64,000 nt of DNA from Vulcanimicrobiota bacterium (GTDB lineage Bacteria > Vulcanimicrobiota > Vulcanimicrobiia > Vulcanimicrobiales > Vulcanimicrobiaceae): positions 256,001 through 320,000 of the forward strand of contig CAWHWQ010000001.1 in assembly GCA_963833095.1 (NCBI GenBank), given 5' to 3'. Made by a program: the position numbers and the translations under genes. Shown here in pieces: positions 21,651-30,261 of this stretch. The notes under the pieces are model-generated. The model was not told the DNA's origin, did not search any database, and worked only from the letters and a program-made list of their open reading frames with translations. Positions within the stretch are counted from its first letter, which is position 1. Every line of letters starts with the position of its first letter.

Positions 21651-23312
21651 CTATAAACGCCAATCGATGCCTTGTTCGTCAGCGGTTTGGATCGCGAGGT
21701 CGTACCCGGCGTCGGCATGGCGGACGACCCCCATGCCGCAATCGGTAGTCAGTACGCACTGCAGTCGCTCTTGCGCGTCGGCCGACCCGTCGGCGACAAC
21801 AACCATACCCGCGTGCAGGCTATAGCCGATCCCGACGCCGCCGCCATGATGGAAACTGACCCAGTGCGCGCCGGCGGCAGTATTGAGCAGCGCGTTGAGG
21901 ATCGGCCAATCGGCGATCGCGTCGCTGCCGTCCTTCATCGCCTCGGTCTCGCGGTACGGCGACGCGACGCTACCGGTATCCAAATGATCGCGGCCGATCA
22001 CGATCGGCGCTTTGATCTCCCCGGAACGCACAAGTTCGTTGAAGCGCACACCGGCTTTGGCGCGATCGCCGTAGCCGAGCCAACAGATGCGAGCCGGCAA
22101 ACCTTGGAATGCAATGCGCTCCTGCGCGAGCTTGATCCAGCGCTGCAATCCGGCGTCGTTCGGAAAGAGCGCGAGCAACTCGCGATCGAGGCGCGCAATA
22201 TCGCTCGGGTCGCCCGAGAGCGCGGCGAACCGAAAGGGTCCGGATCCCTTGCAGAACAGTGGCCGTATGAACGCCGGGACGAAGCCGGGGAAATCGAAGG
22301 CGCGCGCGTAGCCGGCGCGCTGAGCTTGCGCGCGCAGATTATTGCCGTAGTCGAAGACGACCGCGCCCGCATCGAGAAACTGCACCATTGCGTCGACGTG
22401 TTTTCCGCAGCTCTCTAGTGCGCGGCGTTCGTATTCGTCCGGCGCGCTCACCCGCAAAGCAGCCGCTTCTTCGAGCGTCACACCTTCTGGAACGTAGCCG
22501 TTGACGAGATCGTGGGCGGAGGTTTGGTCGGTGACCGCATCGGGACGAAATCCCGACTTGTACAGTTCCCAGAACTCGGTAGCCGCGTTGCCTTCATAAC
22601 CCACGGAAATCGCCTCACCCGCCGCGCGCGCACGTTCGACTTCCTTCAGTGCCGCCTCGCGCGAATCGGCGACAACATCGAGATAGCGCAAATCGCGGCG
22701 GCGTTCGAGGCGCGAGCGGTCGACGTCGACGAGCAGCGCAATCCCTTCATTCATCGTGATCGCGAGCGGCTGCGCGCCGCCCATGCCACCGACGCCGGCC
22801 GTCAAACAGACGCGCCCTTTGAGCGAGCCGCCGAAGTGCTGACGAGCAAGCTCGGCAAATGTCTCGTACGTTCCTTGCACGATGCCTTGCGTGCCGATGT
22901 AAATCCATGAGCCCGCCGTCATCTGCCCGTACATCGTGAGACCTTGCGCTTCGAGTTCGCGGAAGATTTTCCAATCCGCCCACTTCGGGACGAGGTTCGA
23001 ATTGGCAAGCAGCACGCGCGGCGCGCGCTCGTGCGTCTTCCAAACTGCGACGGGCTTTCCGCTCTGCACGATCATCGTCTCGTCGTTTTTAAGACGGGTG
23101 AGCGTGCGCACCATCGCGTCAAACGCCGCCCATGAACGCGCGGCGCGGCCGTTGCCACCGTAGACCACCAAGTCGTCGGGCCGTTCAGCGACGTCGGGAT
23201 CGAGATTGTTGCAGAGCATGCGCAGCGCGGCTTCTTGCGGCCACCCTTGCGCGGTTAACTGTGTACCTCGTGCTGCCCGAACCACTCGCGGACCTGAGAT
23301 CGTCGTTGCCAT
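21651..23312 (-). CDS. hutU: Urocanate hydratase
   Basis: [57 protein letters not shown]. Confidence 0.99.
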   Translation of the reverse strand: MATTISGPRVVRAARGTQLTAQGWPQEAALRMLCNNLDPDVAERPDDLVVYGGNGRAARSWAAFDAMVRTLTRLKNDETMIVQSGKPVAVWKTHERAPRVLLANSNLVPKWADWKIFRELEAQGLTMYGQMTAGSWIYIGTQGIVQGTYETFAELARQHFGGSLKGRVCLTAGVGGMGGAQPLAITMNEGIALLVDVDRSRLERRRDLRYLDVVADSREAALKEVERARAAGEAISVGYEGNAATEFWELYKSGFRPDAVTDQTSAHDLVNGYVPEGVTLEEAAALRVSAPDEYERRALESCGKHVDAMVQFLDAGAVVFDYGNNLRAQAQRAGYARAFDFPGFVPAFIRPLFCKGSGPFRFAALSGDPSDIARLDRELLALFPNDAGLQRWIKLAQERIAFQGLPARICWLGYGDRAKAGVRFNELVRSGEIKAPIVIGRDHLDTGSVASPYRETEAMKDGSDAIADWPILNALLNTAAGAHWVSFHHGGGVGIGYSLHAGMVVVADGSADAQERLQCVLTTDCGMGVVRHADAGYDLAIQTADEQGIDWRL

Positions 23313-23560
23313 GCCTTGGGGTTTTGGGCCGGGGAACGTTGACCCTCGCTAAGCGCCTCGCGTCTCGGATACGCCTACATGGTCAGGGTCCTCGCCGCTT
23401 GGCTAACCCGCTCGGGCAAACGTCCCCGGCCCAAATCTATAAGTTCCAGTGGCGGCAAAACTTCGAGCCTTCGGTCGCGAGACCGGTGCAGCCGTTCCCA
23501 CACCTCGTGGCGAGCCCGAGCGACCAAACGCGGCTCTCGGTGAATTCTTTCGAGGAGGGC

Positions 23561-23594
23561 TTGACCGTATTCGATATATCGAGTAACTTACTCG
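23561..23594 (+). promoter_or_regulatory. Sigma70 promoter with palindromic PadR-type operator
   Basis: TTGACC-17-TAACTT. The perfect palindrome TCGATATATCGA (23571-23582) lies in the spacer and a second dyad CGAGTAA-C-TTACTCG (23580-23594) covers the -10. Confidence 0.75.
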
Positions 23595-23625
23595 TAAGCA
23601 CGGCGACTATTCGAAAGGACCTCCA

Positions 23626-23853
23626 ATGGACTACGCCATCCTGGCAACCCTCTGGAACGGACCGGCGACCCTCCCCGAACTCGTTGGTGCCGTCTACGAC
23701 CGCATGGGCGGCCGCCCGGTCAGCCCCTCCCTCGTCGATAGCTATCTACGCCTGCTCGAGCGATTCGGGTTCATCGAGCGCTCGGCCGGCGATTTACCCT
23801 ACAAACTCGCGGAACGCGGCTCGGTCTACTTGGCCCACGCAGCGACCGCATAG
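23626..23853 (+). CDS. Small winged-helix protein (75 aa)
   Basis: AAAGGA RBS. ILATLWNGPATLPEL...LRLLERFGFIER...YKLAERG is a minimal PadR/ArsR-like wHTH pattern. Confidence 0.65.
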   Translation: MDYAILATLWNGPATLPELVGAVYDRMGGRPVSPSLVDSYLRLLERFGFIERSAGDLPYKLAERGSVYLAHAATA

Positions 23854-23867
23854 GAATAACAGCATCA

Positions 23868-24398
23868 ATGGACTTCCAATTTAGACACAGACACCACGGC
23901 TTCGAAGGCCACTTTGGACCCGGACGCGGCGGACGTCGCGGCGGATGGGGCGGCGGTCGCGGACGCGGCGACCTCAAGTACGAGATTCTCGAAGCGTTGA
24001 TCGAGGGCCCACGTCATGGTTACGACATTATGCTGACCATCGAACAAAAGCGCGGCGTGCGCCCAAGCCCCGGATCGATTTATCCGGCGTTGCAGATGCT
24101 CGAAGACGGCGACTTCGTTCGCGGTCAGGAGCGCGACGGTAAGCGCGTCTATGAAATTACCGACAAGGGCCGCGAACTGTTTGCTCAACGCGAGCCGGCC
24201 GAGGAAGGCCACGAGATGCCCTTCGGCAATCCCGCCTTTTACGCGACCGTCGCCGAAGCAATGCGCCAAGTGCATGGCATCAAAGATGCCGCCAAACAAA
24301 TTGCCAAGAGCGGGAACCTCGAGCTCTACAAAAAGGCCGTCGAGGTCCTCGATAAAGCGCGCCGCGAGCTCTTACACATCCTCGCGGATCACATCTAG
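23868..24398 (+). CDS. PadR-family regulator
   Basis: PRHGYDIM, PSPGSIYPALQMLED, KRVYEITDKG. Confidence 0.93.
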   Translation: MDFQFRHRHHGFEGHFGPGRGGRRGGWGGGRGRGDLKYEILEALIEGPRHGYDIMLTIEQKRGVRPSPGSIYPALQMLEDGDFVRGQERDGKRVYEITDKGRELFAQREPAEEGHEMPFGNPAFYATVAEAMRQVHGIKDAAKQIAKSGNLELYKKAVEVLDKARRELLHILADHI

Positions 24399-24504
24399 CG
24401 GATCACATCTAAAGGAACCCCGCGTGCTCTAAAGCACGCGGGAATGCGTGCGGCGCATGGAAAAGACAGCCAAGTCGCTACGCGACGGAAGGACGGATTT
24501 TCGT

Positions 24505-24885
24505 ATGATCAAGCGCCTTTCTATCGTGTTCCTTACAGCACTTGCGATCGTTTTTCCGCGGCCTGCATACCCCGGCACGTACCCGAGCATCGAGGTGGTG
24601 AACCAATCGCACCACTGTGCTTGGGTCACCTTCTACCACAAGGGCTACCTAAACGTCGATTGGACGATGCAAAAGAATCAGTGGTGGCCCGGTTTTCTCG
24701 GACCGGGATGGCATACCGGCTATGCCAGCACCAACTCGTGGCGAATGAAAGTGCTTGTCGAGATCATGCCCGGCATCGATCATTGCGGGGGCAGCCGCAT
24801 CGCCGCCGTGGATTTCATCACGGACGTGAACGGCGATAAGGTGTATCTGCGGCAGACAAACGGCCGCTGGACGCTCACTCGATAA
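24505..24885 (+). CDS. Small secreted hypothetical protein
   Basis: Signal peptide MIKRLSIVFLTALAIVF. Trp-rich mature region with two Cys. Confidence 0.6.
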   Translation: MIKRLSIVFLTALAIVFPRPAYPGTYPSIEVVNQSHHCAWVTFYHKGYLNVDWTMQKNQWWPGFLGPGWHTGYASTNSWRMKVLVEIMPGIDHCGGSRIAAVDFITDVNGDKVYLRQTNGRWTLTR

Positions 24886-24962
24886 GGCACACATCAGACC
24901 CGGCCCGCTAGGACCGGAGGCTTTTTCAGCGATCTCTCAATAATTGCCGAGAAACTTCTTGG

Positions 24963-26576
24963 GTGCCAGAGCCGGAAGTCAAAGACTCCATTTTCCTACA
25001 CTGCGGGTGGCGTACGGCGGGAACATGGCTATGGTCACTGTTCCGGTCACGACCCGATGTGATGGCGTTTTACGAGCCTCTCAACGAATCACTCGCAACG
25101 GCAACGCTTCGCGACATTGCGGCGATGCGCCCAAGCGCCACCGACTCGAGACATCCTGACCCAGAACGCCCGTACTTCGGGGAATTCGCCCCGCTGATTC
25201 CAACACGGGGGTGCGGTGTTACAGGGTTTCCGGTTGGTCTCTCTTACGATCATTTTCTCGCCGGCCCGCAGACGAATCTCCCCGGCCTCGCAAGCTATCT
25301 CGACTCTCTGGTACGGTTCGCACGCGCCGACGGAAAGACGGCGGTGATGAAGCATTGCCGTACGCTTGGACGAGTTGCGTGGATGCGCAAACACTTTCCC
25401 AACGCGTGTCATATCGCGGTGGTACGCTCCCCGTGGGGTCAGTGGCTCTCGGGGTGGCGAATCTACAAGGCTTCCGGTAACGCGTACTTCATTACCAAGC
25501 CCCTAGAGATACTCGCGCTGTATCACGATCATCCGCTCTTCGCGCGTGCCTTGAAGGCGCTCCACATCTCACCCGAACTTTTGAACGGCGCCGTGAAAAG
25601 TGCGACCAGAAGGGGGTTAAGCCGGGCCGTTCCGGCCACGACGACACCTGACATATTCTATCGAGCCTTCCTCGCTTTTTGGATCAGCACGACCTACAGT
25701 ACGTTGTTGGACGTTGGAGACGTCATCGATTCGGATCGGCTGGGCGAATCGCAAGCCTATCGCCGTGAAACCGAGCAGATGATTCAGGTACGCAGCGGGT
25801 TAGCGATCGATCTTAGCAATGCGCATCCTCTCCCCGCCGCCGGGTCGGTTGTTGGAATATCGGGCGCCGATATCGAGCGTTGGCATACCGAAGCGATTTC
25901 AGCGCTGCCGGCCTTTGCCGAGGTCGATCGTACAATTTCAGAGGCGCATCATGCTACTGTTTCCGCGTTGATCCGGGCGAAGCTGGCTACGATCATATCC
26001 CTAACCCCGGATCGACCTGCCGTTCCGAGTAGCATCGTCTCCCGGGCGTCAAAGATCATGCGTTGGCCAATCCGGTATCGAGACGCCGTGAAACACGCCT
26101 CGAGCCGGTTCTGGTTCTGCATTGCTGCGGCGGTCATCGCGGCCGCGACCGCCGATCCTTTGGTCGAAGGCGTCTCGAACGCCGGCTGGCTTGGGCGGGG
26201 TTCGTACACCGACCATTCGAGTCTCATCGTCCTGCCTACGCTTGCCCTGGGCGCTATAGTTGTCGTGCTCTACTTAGTGACGCGTGTGCGCAGCGATCTG
26301 TCTCAGGGCTCCGAGGATGCGCTGCGCATGCCGGTCAGCCGTTTGCTCGTACCGATCTTCGGGTTGCAGCTCGCGCTGCTCGCGTCTATGGAGACGCTCG
26401 AACAGATCGTCGTTGCCGGCCACTCACTTGGCCGTACGGTTTGGCTGGGCGGCCCCATATGGTTCAGCCTAAGCGTCCACGCGGCGGTCTGCGTCGCCGT
26501 CAGTTTCGGTCTGGCGAAGGTGCTGCAGCCGTGGACGCGCACGACCGTGCGCATCATCCGGCACATGCGCGCGTAG
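24963..26576 (+). CDS. Sulfotransferase-like domain fused to a multi-TM membrane domain
   Basis: IFLHCGWRTAGTWLW...FYEPLNE (5'-PSB-like) and VVRSPWGQWLSG (3'-PB-like). The last ~160 aa are hydrophobic helices. Confidence 0.65.
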   Translation: MPEPEVKDSIFLHCGWRTAGTWLWSLFRSRPDVMAFYEPLNESLATATLRDIAAMRPSATDSRHPDPERPYFGEFAPLIPTRGCGVTGFPVGLSYDHFLAGPQTNLPGLASYLDSLVRFARADGKTAVMKHCRTLGRVAWMRKHFPNACHIAVVRSPWGQWLSGWRIYKASGNAYFITKPLEILALYHDHPLFARALKALHISPELLNGAVKSATRRGLSRAVPATTTPDIFYRAFLAFWISTTYSTLLDVGDVIDSDRLGESQAYRRETEQMIQVRSGLAIDLSNAHPLPAAGSVVGISGADIERWHTEAISALPAFAEVDRTISEAHHATVSALIRAKLATIISLTPDRPAVPSSIVSRASKIMRWPIRYRDAVKHASSRFWFCIAAAVIAAATADPLVEGVSNAGWLGRGSYTDHSSLIVLPTLALGAIVVVLYLVTRVRSDLSQGSEDALRMPVSRLLVPIFGLQLALLASMETLEQIVVAGHSLGRTVWLGGPIWFSLSVHAAVCVAVSFGLAKVLQPWTRTTVRIIRHMRA

Positions 26577-26715
26577 CACGTGGCACTTCGAAAGCAGTGC
26601 TTGCGCCGTGATCGGCAGTCGCGTACGCGAACGCCGGTCGCGTGTCGCACGGTCGCGGCCGGATCGTTCATCTGACACGCTGCCATTCTTCCTCGATTTT
26701 CGAAAGAATCACGGG

Positions 26716-27261
26716 TTAGGGCAGGTCGGAAAGGTCGTCTACATCGGTATAGGGCCAAGCTTCCTCGATCGTCAGGGTGCGCCGTGTCAACCCGGGATGT
26801 TCGCGCACTTTGGAGATCGGCTCATTGTCCGCCAGCTTTGCGATCAGCGCACGAGCGCGTGCCGAAAAATAGACCGGATGTCCGGGCGTGCCGTCGGACC
26901 GCATGGGATGGACGACGTCGGCGTCCTCGGCCGCAGCGGCGACGTCGGCGACGTGATGTGGTTCGATCAGCAGCAGGTCGGCGGGAAGAACCAGGATCGG
27001 CCGTTCCGGTCCAATCGCATCGTTGGCGAGGCGAAGCGAGTGCGCCATTCCCCGTTCCGGCTCGCGATTGAGAACAGCATGCGTTCGTAGCGCGCGAGCA
27101 ACGGGCTGCGTCGCCTCGCTGCACACGACGACGGTATCAAAGGCGCCGGCGGCCCGGATCGCGCGTTCGACCAGCGTGTCGTTTTCCTCGAGCTTGTGAA
27201 GCAGCTTTTGCGATCCGAACCGTTTCGATTCCCCGGCCGCAAGCACAACGACGGTGAGCAC
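26716..27261 (-). CDS. MobA/MocA-like NTP transferase
   Basis: VVLAAGESKRFGSQKLL, GMAHSLR, PADL, GHPVYF, DVD. Confidence 0.88.
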   Translation of the reverse strand: MLTVVVLAAGESKRFGSQKLLHKLEENDTLVERAIRAAGAFDTVVVCSEATQPVARALRTHAVLNREPERGMAHSLRLANDAIGPERPILVLPADLLLIEPHHVADVAAAAEDADVVHPMRSDGTPGHPVYFSARARALIAKLADNEPISKVREHPGLTRRTLTIEEAWPYTDVDDLSDLP

Positions 27262-27266
27262 CGTTC

Positions 27267-28811
27267 TTACAACGGCTCGCCGATCGCCGCTTGCGCCGCA
27301 TGGACGAGCACGCCCGACGCGATGAGTTCGCGCGCCGCTTCAATATCCGGCGCGGGCACGCGATCGGTTGTCCATGGCGCGATGCGCGCTCGCGCGCATT
27401 CATAGGCAGCGTGCGTGCCGGCGCCCGACTTGAGCGGCCGGCGAAAATCCGTCGCAGCTAGCGCGCCGAGAAGCTCGCAGGCAAGCGCACCTTCCACGTT
27501 GTCGAGCACACGGACGAGATTGTTGGCTGAGGTCATGCCCATACTTACGTGGTCTTCCTGTCCAGCCGAGGTGGGAATTGAATCAACGCTCGAGGGCCAC
27601 GCCAAACCCTTGTTGTCGTTGACCAGCGCAGCCGCCGTATATTGCACGATCATCAGACCGGATTGCAAGCCCGAGCGCCCGGTGAGGAAGAGCGGCAGCC
27701 CGCGATCCTCGGCGTTGAGCAAGAGATAGAGACGCCGCTCGCCGATCGAAGCAAGCTCGCCGATCGCCATCTTGAGAAAATCGATCGCCAGCGCAATCGG
27801 TTCGCCATGAAAGTTTCCGCCCGAGAGAAATTCACCGTCCTCGGGAAAGACCAGAGGATTGTCGGTGACCGAGTTGGCTTCGGTTTGCGTTACGCTACGG
27901 GCATACGCGATCGCGTCGCGTACCGCACCATGCACGACGGGAATGCACCGGAACGAATACGGATCTTGAACGCGGCCGCACTCGCGATGCGAGAGCATAA
28001 TTTCTGAGCCGGCGAGCAACACCCGAAGATTTGCCGCGACGCGTCCTTGCCCCGGATGCGGGCGCAAGTCGTTGAGGCGCCGATCGAAAACGCGGTCAGT
28101 GCCCAAGAATGCTTCGAGCGACATCCCACCGATCACGTCGGCCGCCGCCGCCAAGCGTTGCGCCCGCAAGACTCCAAGCGCCGCAATGCCGGTCATGACT
28201 TGCGTTCCGTTAATTAGCGCGAGGCCTTCTTTGGGACCCAGCGTCACGGCGCGAAGGCCGGCGCGTTCCAGGGCAACTGCGCTGGGCAACCGCTCACCCT
28301 TAAAGATCGCCTCGCCTTCGCCGATCAGCGTCAGGGACATGTGCGCCAGCGGTGCGAGATCGCCACTCGCGCCCACCGAGCCTTGGCATGGAACCACCGG
28401 GGTGACACCGCGATTGAGCAGTTCGGCCAAGAGGTCGAGCGTCTCCAGCTTCACGCCCGAATGCCCGGCCGCGAGTGAGTTCACGCGTAACACGCCTGCC
28501 GCGCGCACCAAGCGCGCGTCGAGCGGCGCACCGGTTCCAGCTGCGTGCGACCGCACCAAATTTAACTGCAAGGCGGCAGCATCTGCGGGTTCGATTTGCA
28601 CGTTTGCCAGACGGCCGAAACCGGTCGTGACTCCGTAAATTGCATGTCCGCTTGCAAAACGCTCGTCGACGAACGCGCGCGCCCGGACGACGCGCTCGCG
28701 CGCAGCGGCCGCGATCGTGACCTGGGCACCGCCGGCGACGGCTTCAATTGCCTCGAGACTCAAGTGGCGGCCGTCGAGTTCGACCGGCTGCGCAAAGACC
28801 GTTTGTGACAT
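27267..28811 (-). CDS. hutH: Histidine ammonia-lyase
   Basis: YGVTTGFG, MIO motif GSVGASGDLAPL, KEGLALING, QDPYSFRC, GGNFHG, QEDHVSMG. Confidence 0.98.
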   Translation of the reverse strand: MSQTVFAQPVELDGRHLSLEAIEAVAGGAQVTIAAAARERVVRARAFVDERFASGHAIYGVTTGFGRLANVQIEPADAAALQLNLVRSHAAGTGAPLDARLVRAAGVLRVNSLAAGHSGVKLETLDLLAELLNRGVTPVVPCQGSVGASGDLAPLAHMSLTLIGEGEAIFKGERLPSAVALERAGLRAVTLGPKEGLALINGTQVMTGIAALGVLRAQRLAAAADVIGGMSLEAFLGTDRVFDRRLNDLRPHPGQGRVAANLRVLLAGSEIMLSHRECGRVQDPYSFRCIPVVHGAVRDAIAYARSVTQTEANSVTDNPLVFPEDGEFLSGGNFHGEPIALAIDFLKMAIGELASIGERRLYLLLNAEDRGLPLFLTGRSGLQSGLMIVQYTAAALVNDNKGLAWPSSVDSIPTSAGQEDHVSMGMTSANNLVRVLDNVEGALACELLGALAATDFRRPLKSGAGTHAAYECARARIAPWTTDRVPAPDIEAARELIASGVLVHAAQAAIGEPL

Positions 28812-28905
28812 GGATCAAACGTACTTCCGAGTGGATAACCCGACGCCTGCCGTGCATAACCGCAAAAAACTTGTGGATAGTATGTGGGTGAGCGCGCGCG
28901 TGCCC

Positions 28906-28934
28906 TTGAAGCGCCAAAGACGCGGTGCTACCAT
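28906..28934 (+). promoter_or_regulatory. Sigma70 promoter with no credible downstream ORF
   Basis: TTGAAG-17-TACCAT with extended -10 TG. Confidence 0.65.
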
Positions 28935-28940
28935 CACTTC

Positions 28941-29140
28941 ACTTCGAATTCATCGAAGGGCGACGCACGTATCGGTCGCGATCGAAAGCACTACGTGTGA
29001 TGGCTGCGCTGGTAGCCATCCCACGGCGACGATCGAACCGCCGTCGACGTCAGTTGGGCTCTCCCACCCGGGAGCCCGATAGGCGACCCCGGTGCGCGAA
29101 TACGTCGAAATCCGCTAGCTACACGCTAGCGGATTTTGTT
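28941..29140 (+). ncRNA. Candidate stand-alone structured ncRNA (~200 nt), family not recognised
   Basis: Promoter upstream, terminator downstream, nested stems, and six G-U pairs that only form on the + strand. Confidence 0.6.
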
Positions 29141-29142
29141 TT
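29108..29142 (+). terminator. Intrinsic terminator, possibly bidirectional
   Basis: AAATCCGCTAGC-TACAC-GCTAGCGGATTT followed by TGTTTT. Abuts the stop of the convergent WYL gene. Confidence 0.85.
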
Positions 29143-30160
29143 ACGCGTGTACGCCGGCCGCGCTGCCGTTGCTCGAGTACTTACTTGCTATTTCTTTGGT
29201 GAGCGTTGCGACGCGGTCGCGGACATCGGGCGGACCGAGAATCTCGGCCTGCGCGCCCCAGCCCAATACCCACCGCGCAAGTTCGTCGGCATCGCTCACG
29301 CGATATTCGATCTCGACGCCGCCGTCATCCAAACGCTCGATCTGGCGCTCGGCAATGACGCGCGCGGCAATCGCCGCCTTTGCGACGCGGGAGGCGAAGC
29401 GCACGCGCACGGGCGTTGCCGGCGCTCCGTGCATCACGCCGCTGATCGAATCCGAGGCAAACACATCGACGTCAAAATCGTGCGGCTTGGTGAAGGTTTG
29501 CGCGGTCACGTGCACGTCGCTGACGTTATCGATCGCGAAGACGCGCTTATCGTGACGCGCATGATCGTACGCAACGCAGTAGATGCGACCGGAACTCACG
29601 ATGAAGCCGTACGGGTCGGCTTCGCGCCTGCTGCGAGTCCCTTCTTTGTCCTGATAGACGAATTGCACGCTGCGTGAGGAGCGCTCGGCGGCGGCAAACA
29701 GACTGAACGCGCGCTCGCCGTGTTCGTCGAGCTGAATTTCGGAAAGGCGAAACGAGACCGGTGATGGCGCATCGACCTGCGCGCGAACGGCGTTGCGCGT
29801 GGAGCCCAGCAGCTTGTCGGTAATCTCGTCGATCGACGCGCCGATTGCGCCGCCGATCGAGGCGCCGAACGAACGCAAGGCGACCAAACCGAACAGCTCG
29901 CCGTTCGAGAGATCGAGGCGGCGCAGGCTGTAGCCCGCGGCAAAGCGATACGCGTTGGTCGCACGGTCGAAATACCAGGGGAAACCGGCATCGGCCAGCA
30001 CCGCAAGGTAGCGGCGCAGGCTGCGGGTGCTCGGGCGCTTGGTGCCCTCGGCGATCCGGTCCTTGAGGCTTTCGAAGGAGTGCCGTCCCTCGTCGATAGC
30101 GCTCAAAAGCCGGACCAGCAGCACGATCTTGGGTTCCGTTGTACGTTCCACTGATTCCAT
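29141..30160 (-). CDS. HTH-WYL-WCX transcriptional regulator (PafBC/DriD-like architecture)
   Basis: N-terminal HTH (STRSLRRYLAVL), WYL core (READPYGF...IYCVAYDHARHDKRVFAIDNV), WCX (WVLGWGAQAEILGP). Confidence 0.92.
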   Translation of the reverse strand: MESVERTTEPKIVLLVRLLSAIDEGRHSFESLKDRIAEGTKRPSTRSLRRYLAVLADAGFPWYFDRATNAYRFAAGYSLRRLDLSNGELFGLVALRSFGASIGGAIGASIDEITDKLLGSTRNAVRAQVDAPSPVSFRLSEIQLDEHGERAFSLFAAAERSSRSVQFVYQDKEGTRSRREADPYGFIVSSGRIYCVAYDHARHDKRVFAIDNVSDVHVTAQTFTKPHDFDVDVFASDSISGVMHGAPATPVRVRFASRVAKAAIAARVIAERQIERLDDGGVEIEYRVSDADELARWVLGWGAQAEILGPPDVRDRVATLTKEIASKYSSNGSAAGVHA

Positions 30161-30261
30161 ACTCTAGCGTAGATCGTCGCGTCGTGGTGTGCCAACTGCT
30201 CGGCCTAGTGCTCAAATTTCAATCAATTCGGAGGCTAGACAGCCGTGTTAGAATGGACGCC

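Noticed and set aside
23323..23435. SRP (4.5S) RNA for the ~113-nt hairpin domain
   Set aside because: The size fits, but the conserved CAGG-CCGGAAGG-AGCAG domain IV is absent on both strands.
23413..23500. c-di-GMP-I riboswitch (GGGCAAAC...GCAAAAC...CAGCCG)
   Set aside because: Only fragments resemble it. There is no GAAA-capped P2 stem between the motifs.
23900..23975. RGG-rich N-terminus of PadR as a novel RNA-binding module
   Set aside because: Gly/Arg-rich N-terminal tails are common in this PadR subfamily.
28925..29677. 250-aa plus-strand ORF over the ncRNA candidate
   Set aside because: Runs through a strong terminator and antisense into the WYL gene. No RBS and an Arg-rich shadow-ORF composition.
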